Shown here piece by piece: positions 55,363 to 64,000 of a DNA stretch of 64,000 bases. Within the stretch, counting starts at the first letter, position 1; each line of letters starts with the position of its first letter. Source of the stretch: Lama guanicoe (Eukaryota); the NCBI GenBank assembly GCA_013239625.1, contig MU055362.1, forward strand, positions 17,827,448 to 17,891,447, in the 5' to 3' direction. The position numbers and the translations under genes were made by a program. The notes under the pieces are model-generated. The model was given only the letters and a program-made list of their open reading frames with translations. It searched no databases and was not told the DNA's origin.

Positions 55363-58176
55363 GTCAAGACTACTCTCGTTTTCTTTCCACCCTTATGATT
55401 GATTTTTGTTTCCACTGTGAATACCTTTGCTTTATCCTCACCTCAAACTGCTCTATAAATAAAGTATATTTAAGAAAAAAATAAGTTTAGTTCTCAGGAA
55501 AGAGGTGATGGTGATATTTAAAGTGATGGGCTCTACTGGGATCTTTAATTGAGAGGAGAGAGAAGAGCAGAGGATCAAGGACTAGAGTAGAGGTTCTAAC
55601 TGCAACTGCCCACCTTAGAGTCACCTAAAGAGGTTTTAATCATTCCAGTGCCTGGACCATATTAGTAATAATAATCCCTATTTTGCACAGAAATGCAACA
55701 TTTGTGCAACAAGTATTTGACCATCTGGTATGGGTAGGTCCTGTTCCAAGCGATGAGGATTTATCAGTGAATATAACATAGGAGGAATTGGTAAAGGAGA
55801 CTGAGAAGGAGCATCCAGAAGGTAATAAAATCTCAGATTTTCCCCTTTCCAATTGCAAGTGTATGGTCCTTAATTTCCATGTGCTCATCGTATCCTGGGC
55901 TATTGTACTAGTATCTTAACCAATCCTTCTTTTGGCTTTTCCAGTTCTAATCCATTCTATCCACTAAAACTAGATTGACTGTCCCCAAACACACAATTTA
56001 TGAGATTATTCCCCATCTCAATAACATGGACCAATTACCAGGGAGGATCATTTCTGAACTCTTCTTCCTGTCATTAGAGGCTTCCATGGTTTTTGGTATA
56101 TACTTTGCCTTCTTTCCCATTATTCTATCAAAATGTATTGTGCTTATGCCCCATTCAACAAATAACTGGTCCAAGGATGCTCAGTCAATAAATCGTGCAT
56201 CCAAAATTTGAACTCAGGGAACTGAAGAGGACCTACCCTAGCTAGGGTTTGTGGAAACCTTCAAGATAAACTAAACAAGACTAGATACTTTAACCTCAGT
56301 CCTCTTAGACACAGAACTGGTCTTGGAGGCGGCCCATGGGGCCAGCTTGACTGTCTCCAGGTTCAGGCTAAACATAATCAGAATCCCCTGCTTCAAAATC
56401 ACCATGACCACCCAGAGTGACTTGGCTGAGCTTTGGCAGGTGCTGTCATTCTCAGGCTACAAACCATCCTCAGATATGAGGACGGTACACTGAAAGACAA
56501 GTATGACTGGCCTTAGCAATCCGGCAGATCAATTAGTTCTGAGTCAGCCCAGGGGCTGTGGTCACACTTGGCTAGTCTCTGGGAGAAGAGAGAGATGTGG
56601 CTGGGGGGATGGAGAGAGCTCTATCTGAAGTAAGCCAGACACCGGATGTAACCTGAAGACTCTTGATTGTGAGGGTTCTCCTTCCAGGAGAAGACAGCCT
56701 GCAGCTACTCCAGTGTTCTCCACTGTTTCAGATCTAAACCAAGCTGACTCCCCAGAGCACAGGTCAACATTTTCCAGTTTTTGCCCTAGTGTTGATTACT
56801 GTATTGATTATTGACTGGGTTCACATGTCACCTCTGGTCTTCATCAACTCTCTGCAAAATGGGGATTGTTACTATCAGTATGAAGATGAGGAAACTGAGA
56901 CTCAAAAAAAAGGAAGTGACTTTCTCAAGGCCAAGAGTTAGTATGCAATGAAGCCAGGAAACAACCCAGGTCCGTCTGCCTCCACAGCCTGGGCTTTCCC
57001 CAACACACCTTGCAGACTCCACATTTCAAGCCAAATCTCAGGTTTCCTGTCTCAGATGTGTTAAGAGTGATGGGAACCTATTTTGTAAATGGCCAAGGCC
57101 TGAAGGAAAGTATGCAGAGTGAATGCTCAGCACCTCACCCTACTTCCGCCTTCAGGGTCAACTCTTCCCATGTCTAGATTGATATTTCATTTTGGTGGAC
57201 TGCATGTAGCTTTAAGGGGTTTCACTGATTGCGCTATGATATTTGTATGTTTTTAATTTTTTTTAATTTGCCTGGGATGTCTGAGGAAGGGCAGAGTAGT
57301 GTGGGAGGAAACCTAACTGATGACAGGATAAAAGAAATGTAAGAAATTTCCACAATTTTGGTTTCCTGGGCCCTATCCAAAGTAAACGGCTCTCACTTTT
57401 GTTTTCTTATTAAATGCAATGACTTCTACGTGGGCTGGATCACAGAAAGCACTTCTCACACAAAATGACTAACTAGATGTAATTCATTTAACTAGATCAG
57501 TGAGGTGAGAGGCAAATGGTGGAGTATCTTAAGTGCTGTACGAGCATCATTTTTTAGCCTTTGAAGTAAACTTACAATGTAGCACCAATATTCCCATCTT
57601 AAGAAGAAGGAGGGTAAGCCTCATTCACAGTGGTCCAGCCTGCCCCAGTCACAGAGCTAGTGAATAAACGGAGGAGCTGAGATCTGAGCATAGGTATCTC
57701 TGACTATCTCTGTCTGTGGCTCCACAGTCTGAGGCGGCAGATCACAGATGTGGCTTCTGGCTCTGCCTCAGTCAATAACATGGAACATGACACTTGTGTC
57801 TCCAGATCCCAGGTGCCTCAGATACAAAATGGCTTCACATGCACTGTGAGCACAAAATGACTTACTGTTTTGGAAAGATCTTTGCAAACTGTAAGGGATT
57901 ATCATCGATATTTTTGTAATTTGTCTTTTCTGGGCCTCAGTTTTCTCTACCTTAAAATTAAAGGATGGGAATCATGTGATCTCCAAGGTGTTTTTTCTGG
58001 CTCTAAAATTCTATACTTTTTAGGGCTAAAAAGTCCTGTGCTACAAAATACAGTCTGGCTTGACAGGATGTTTCTTGGTGATATCTATGACATACTAGAA
58101 TTTTAACAGAATCATCAGTTACAGCCTCTTGAGTTTACAAAGGAGCTTAAACTGCTAATGTTTGTATTTTAATATT

Positions 58177-58353
58177 TTTTTCTTTACATTTTCTAGGTGA
58201 TTGATTGATTGATTAGTTTTTGGGTGGAAGGGTAATTACGTTTGTTTGTTTGTTTGTTTGTTTGTTTATTTATTTATTTATTTATTTATTTTTGGAGGCG
58301 TACTGGGTATTGAACCCAGGACCTTGTGCATGCTAAGCTTTATACCCTTCCCC
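58177..58353 (-). mobile_element. Vic-1-like SINE lacking the A box
   Basis: gtactgggtattgaacccaggaccttgtgcatgctaagc...tatacccttcccc; 23-nt direct repeat gctaatgtttgtattttaatatt at 58154-58176 and 58354-58376; (TTTG)n/(TTTA)n tail. Confidence 0.88.
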
Positions 58354-61300
58354 GCTAATGTTTGTATTTTAATATTGATGAGAAAAGTTGCCTTTATACG
58401 TGTTAGTTTTTTTTTTTAACTACACAATCAAATCAAATCACTTTCTATCAAATCAGGAGGAGAAACACAAAAGATGTTACCCTACCAGTCCTGTAGCAAC
58501 CACCTTGCTTTGGAAAAAACAGTCCCTTTCTCTAGTTTAAAAAAAAAAAAAGGCTGTACTTTGTAGTAATCCTGCTCTACTTCATCAAAAGTAATCAATG
58601 CATTTATCACAAAAAATTTCTTGAGACACTAAAAGGCAATTATAAAAACAGCCAGCCGTGTCACCCAGAACACCGTGGTAACCAGCATCACCAGGGCATG
58701 AAAAAATAGCTGTTAGTCACTAGACTCTATGCTGGTTGGCAGTCTGGCTTGCTAAGCAACACTGTAAAAATAGCAAAGTCACAACCCATTATCTGGAGGT
58801 CTGACTTTGCAGGGCTTTGAACCTGGTCCCAGAAGGAACTATCCCAGGTCTGCACACCAACCTCATACCTTATGCTCCCAGGCAAAGCCTAATTAATAGT
58901 TTATTCAACAAATATTTATTGAAGCCTATTGTACATAAGGCACACGATTCCCAATACGTGTATTTACTTGGTTTCTCAGTTAAATAGAAGCTCTGAAATC
59001 GACATAGAAAGAGAGGTTTTGTGATCACTGAGGTGGGGGCAGGGATTTGCTTCAGGCCGACTCAAGGAGAACTAGCAGCTGACAGCCAGAGGACAGAGAA
59101 AAATGAAAAAGTAGACAGAGAACTGCTTTATAATACAGCATAAAATAATTACATTCTCATGACCATGATCCTGCGTCATCAAGAAAAGATTAAGTTATAT
59201 TTAGGATCCTTTGTTAAGGAAGGGAGGAATGGGTATAAAACATTTTAGAAATATCATCCCCCAAAATGGTTAAAATATACAGCGTTGGCACTTGGAAGGA
59301 ACATAAATTATGTTTGACAAAAGCCTCATTCTGCCTAGTTCCCCATTTTGCTGGAAGACAAGCAACATTATAATCATGACGTTACCAGCTTTTGAATGTG
59401 GTCTTGGCTCCCTTTCTGCCTTTATTTTTCTAGCTCAAGCTCCTGCCTCAGCGGGAATGCCCTTTCCCTTCGTAACTGCTTATCAGAGTCTCTCCATTCA
59501 CATTCTCAGAGAAGTTTTCCCAGATCCTTCCAGGGAATTACTTCTCCCTTCCTCCTTCATCCACAGATTTTTTTTCTGGATGCCCTTGACTGTATCCCAG
59601 TCTGCTCTGCATCATTTCCATCAGGGCCCTTCCTCCTTTCATGCTTTTGGAGGGCAGGGTCTTTCCCATATTTATATCCATATCCGGCTCCCAGAGTCCT
59701 GGGAGCGCAGCACTCAGCGAATGTTACTGAACTCAGTTGCTCAGATAACGTCGTCAACAGTCGCTGGGGGTGGAGGGAAGGTTAGGTGGCAGACGTGGCG
59801 CTTTCCCTAATGGGTGCGAAGTGGCCAGGAACCCAGCCACACAGCCTTCTTTCCTCAGAGCCTTGGCACGTCTGTTCCCTTCTCCTGAAAAGCTCTTCCT
59901 CTGGTGAATTCCTTCTTACCACCTTTAGCTCAAAACCACTTGGGGAGGGGGGAGCCTATCCTAACCCACAAGACTAGGTCAGGGCCCCCTATTATATACT
60001 CTCCTAGCTCCCTGTACTTTTTCTTCAAATCACTTGTCATCGTGTGTAGTTATTTATTGGTTAGTGTATATCTCTACTTGACTGTCAACTGGAAGGAAGG
60101 AGGGGATGAAAGGAAGGAGGGAGGGAAGTAGGAATTAACAAGAATCTCAATTTGGAAAAGAACAGACATCAGAAAATAAAGAGAGGATTGAGAGTTATTA
60201 CTGAAGGTCAAGCAGTTGCCAGATGTGGGCTTAGAGGCAAACCAGTTTACGAGATTGCTAGGACATTCCACAGACCCCCTGCTCTGAGACACTCAGATGC
60301 TTTAAGGGAGCAAGAAGCACAACCAGATGTACTTGTCTGTTAAAAAATGGAATTTAGTTGAGCTCCTATATTCTTCAAATGAAAGAGGGCTCACAAAGCA
60401 TGCTAAAAAGCGGAAACAGAATTTGATTGCTGTCTGTGGGATTTAGGTTAAAGATAGTCTGACAACGAAGGCTGTTATGCTCTGTAAAGGATAATTAAAT
60501 CTAAAAGAAAAGTGTGAATTAGATTCTCTCTCAGGTTTTCAGTGTCCCTTCCAGCTTGGATTCTATTGTTACCTGATACTTCCATTGCCAGGCTGAGAAA
60601 AAAAATTACTGCATAACAATATTCCAACAATCATAATGAAAAATTGTAAAGAAAAAAATATAAACAAGCAATTTTAACACTTCATATAATTAATTATTTT
60701 CACTTTTTCTTGTTTCCTTTTGTTCTTCTTTCCTGTACGTGAGGGACTATGCTTTGTTTACTGTTTACTCTAATTATTGCTTAGAAGATAAACATCTTAT
60801 TCTAAAATTTATGAATTATTATTTAACAATGTTTAACACATTTTAAAGCATATTACATCCAATTATACCTGTCAAATATAACTTCGAGTGAAAACAAGTT
60901 TTTATTTTCTTTCATGGAAGACAAAGAACGTTTTGGCAGCTTTTTATAGAATTAAGCAATGGGATAATTATTCTTCCTGCTAAAATAGCTCACACCAGAA
61001 TTTGGAGTGATAAGCAAAACACTGACTTTTCAACCAGATTATTCCTCAGAAAATGTTATACTGTGTGTCTATGCCAGAAGCACTTGCTGGCTGGTTGGAT
61101 GTACTTTAGGGAACAAACCACATGCATTAGAAGCAAAATTGAAGTGGGTATCTTTCAGCTCCGTAATGCCTGCTCAGTGTCTTTCTTGTTCACGGCTGTA
61201 TTCCCAGGTCCCACCTCAATGCCTGGCCTAAAGCAGGAATTCAGTAAATATTTACTGAATGAATGAATGAATCAATGAGCAAAGGTTGAGTATGAAAACT

Positions 61301-61958
61301 GCAACAGACCATTTTACATAATTTAAGATGGCTATTTCAGCCTACAGATAGAGTAACCCAACATTGTATGGATTATGCTGTTTTTTGTTTAGGAAGATGG
61401 TGTTACTAACTCAGCAAGCTAAACTGCTTAACTAAATTGAATACCAGAGCTTTAGTGCCCAGAGGCTTCGATTTCAGAACACTTTATTCCTTCTCCCTGT
61501 TGTCTATACAAGGTTGGTTTTCTCCTAAAAACAATCCAATAAGTAGAATGGTAAACTTTAGAAAGTAAGTTCAATAAATTTCTAAGGGTGCATTTTATAA
61601 GTCAGTCTTCCCAAATTATAGAACTCAATCTCAGGGAGACTTACTGTGAGAAGAATACCATCACATCAAAAAATCACTCTTGGGATTAGATTGGGATATT
61701 TGATTTCTGGAAGAAGGCAAGACCACAGGGTTACTCCACCTTTCTTTTTTCTGTTTAAGAATTTGATTAAGGTTGTTATTACCTGCCATATATTTTTAAT
61801 ATGACAAAATACTAAAAGCTATTATTTCAGGACAGTGGGAGGATTATTTTCAGGTGATGTTCATATTTTGTCTATTCTATTTTTAAACTTTCTATAATGA
61901 ACATGTAGTATAGAAACTTACAAACTTCAGTAAAAATGTTATAAAAGCAAAATAATTC

Positions 61959-62203
61959 GGGGGGTAGAGGGTGGGAAGGGATAGACTGGGATTTCAAAAT
62001 TGTAGAATAGATAAACAAGATTACACTGTATAGCACAGGGAAATATACACAAAATGTTATGATAAATCACAGAGAAAAAAATGTGACAATGAGTGTGTAT
62101 ATGTCCATGAATGACTGAAAAATTGTGCTGAACACTGGAATCTGACACAACACTGTAAAATGATTATGAATCAATAAAAAATGTAAAAAAAAATTACTTA
62201 AAA
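61959..62203 (+). mobile_element. Young, probably lineage-specific L1 3' end
   Basis: gatagactgggatttcaaaattgtagaatagataaacaagattacactgtatagcacaggg...aataaaaa and A tail; perfect 16-nt TSD aaaagcaaaataattc at 61943-61958 and 62204-62219. Confidence 0.88.
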
Positions 62204-63737
62204 AAAAGCAAAATAATTCAATCATAATTATTCCTTTCCCTATGTTCTGACTGCATTTTAATATTTCTATTATTGCACATTTGTTTTAATGATTTATGTG
62301 CAGGTCCGTCTTATCTACCTACTTACATGCAAAGCCATGACTTGTGAATTGTAATGTTGTTGGAAATTGGGGGGAAAGGTGAGTTCAACCTGCCTTCTAG
62401 TTTTACAAAGGGGAATGCTACTCTCCCAATGGGCTGAAGTCTCTTTGGGAGCAGGGACTGTATCTTACACACCCAACTCTTAGCACAGTGCTTTGAAAAG
62501 GACTAAATAATTGTCTAAAGAACAAAGAAACAATGATATATAACACTTTTCTTCTAACATTTAAAATTTGACCTTGTCCTGCTGCATGGTCCAAAATGAT
62601 TGGGCTGGAGATAATGACTCATTCACCAGTGCTCTGCAGATCCCTTCCATTATATTAAAGTTAACTCCTTCAGACGTTCATTTAGTCATTCAACAAAGAT
62701 TTACTGAAAACTTACTATGTGTTATAGCCATTGCTAGGTGCTATGGCTACAAAGACAGACATTGCCTTCCTGATGTTCATAATACGCGTGAGCGGCATTT
62801 GTAAACAGATACTAATAAAATAGCCTGTTAGTTCAATAATAGACATGTTGAATAATTAAGCTGGCTAAAATGGGTTTACAGGAGAAGCTTCCTAGAGGAG
62901 GGAGCCCCTGTGCTGAGTATTAAAGGAGGTGCTGGAGTAAGGATTAGTTCCCCAATGCATAGCCCTGACAAAGAGTACCATATAAGAAAAGGGATGAAGG
63001 CGAGAAATAGCACAGTGTGGCCACTGAGTTTGGTGTTGCTGGAGCATAAAGCTGCGGGTGTAATCAGTTGTGAGTCTGGCAGCGAGGGCAGGGAGCAGGT
63101 CATGGGGGCACAGCTTAGACTTTGTCCTGCATGAGTAGGGAGTGCAGAAAGGTTGGAAGCATGGATGATGGCAACAGAGATTATTTACTAGCACCGAAGA
63201 GGACAGATCTGAGGGTGGCAGAAACTGGAGGAAGTGCAACTTCTTAGAAGGCAGTTGCACAAATGAGTACATAACAGATTTGTGTTTACATCTAATAATC
63301 TGAGCTAACATTTATTTAGCATTTATTATATGACAGTTACCAAATAAGCAGTATTATGCAAATAATGTCTTAATATTTCAAACAACTCTATGAGTAAATA
63401 CTATTATTATCCTTATTTTACAGCTAATGAAACAAACCGTTAAGTAACTTGCCCAAGGCCAGGATGCAACCAGAGCAATCTGGTACCAAAGCTTATACTC
63501 TTAATTCCTGTCTCATTTGTCTAATTTCTGTCTCCTGCATTAGAATGAAAGCTCCATGCAGACAGGGACTATGTTGGTGGTGTTCTCCGCTGTGCCTGTG
63601 CAACAAGTACACAATAACTAGTTGTTGAATAAAATTAACGAATAACCGAAGTGGAAGAAATAGGGCACTAAGTTATGTACAGGTACAAGAAATATTTTGG
63701 ATGCACTATTGGCAAATTTTTTGCAGACTTTGGAGAT

Positions 63738-64000
63738 TATTATGGACTGAATGTCTGTGTCCCTTCCCCTCCTCAAATTCATGTTAAAGCCTAACTCCGG
63801 AGTGGAGCCTTTAAGGAAGTAATTAAGGTTAAATGAGATGACAAGGATGGGGCCTTAATCCAAAAGGATTGGTGTTTTTATAAGGAGACCAGAGCTGTCA
63901 CTCCGTGCATGTGAACTAAGAAAGGCCATGTGAGGACACAGTGAGAAGGTGGCTGTCTGCAAGCCAGGAAGAGAGCTTTCACCAAAACCAAATCGGCTAG
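63738..64000 (+). mobile_element. MLT1A-like LTR, continuing past the window end
   Basis: tatggactgaatgtctgtgtccc...aaattcatgttaaagccta...gtaattaaggttaaatgag...ccatgtgaggacacagtgagaaggtggctgtctgcaagccaggaagaga. Confidence 0.85.

Overview
Mammalian genomic DNA, most likely a camelid (four tRNA-Ala-derived Vic-1-like SINEs, GOT1 protein resembling other artiodactyls). Two genes converge tail to tail. GOT1 (cytosolic aspartate aminotransferase) exons 2-9 are on the + strand (3280-16453, poly(A) signal ~17102). CNNM1 exons 2-11 are on the - strand (48983 down to stop at 21997, poly(A) signal ~19681). Exon 1 of each gene lies outside the window. All visible exons have GT-AG boundaries and join in frame; CNNM1 exon 4 is almost entirely hidden in an N-gap. 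The rest is intronic sequence with SINE, L1, L2, MIR, MLT1, hAT and mariner fossils, plus a truncated RPS7 retrocopy split by a SINE. I see no evidence for a new multi-gene system. The best leads are RNA-level or chromatin-level. In CNNM1: a leaky UGA-C stop followed by 97 open codons, an exact 19-nt copy of the exon 3 acceptor, a candidate poison exon, an RBFOX-flanked 63-nt cassette exon and a 12-nt in-frame deletion. Elsewhere: a divergent CTCF motif arrangement between the genes and a GOT1 poly(A) site that appears to sit in a DNA-transposon fossil. Human comparisons and repeat family names are from memory, not from searches.
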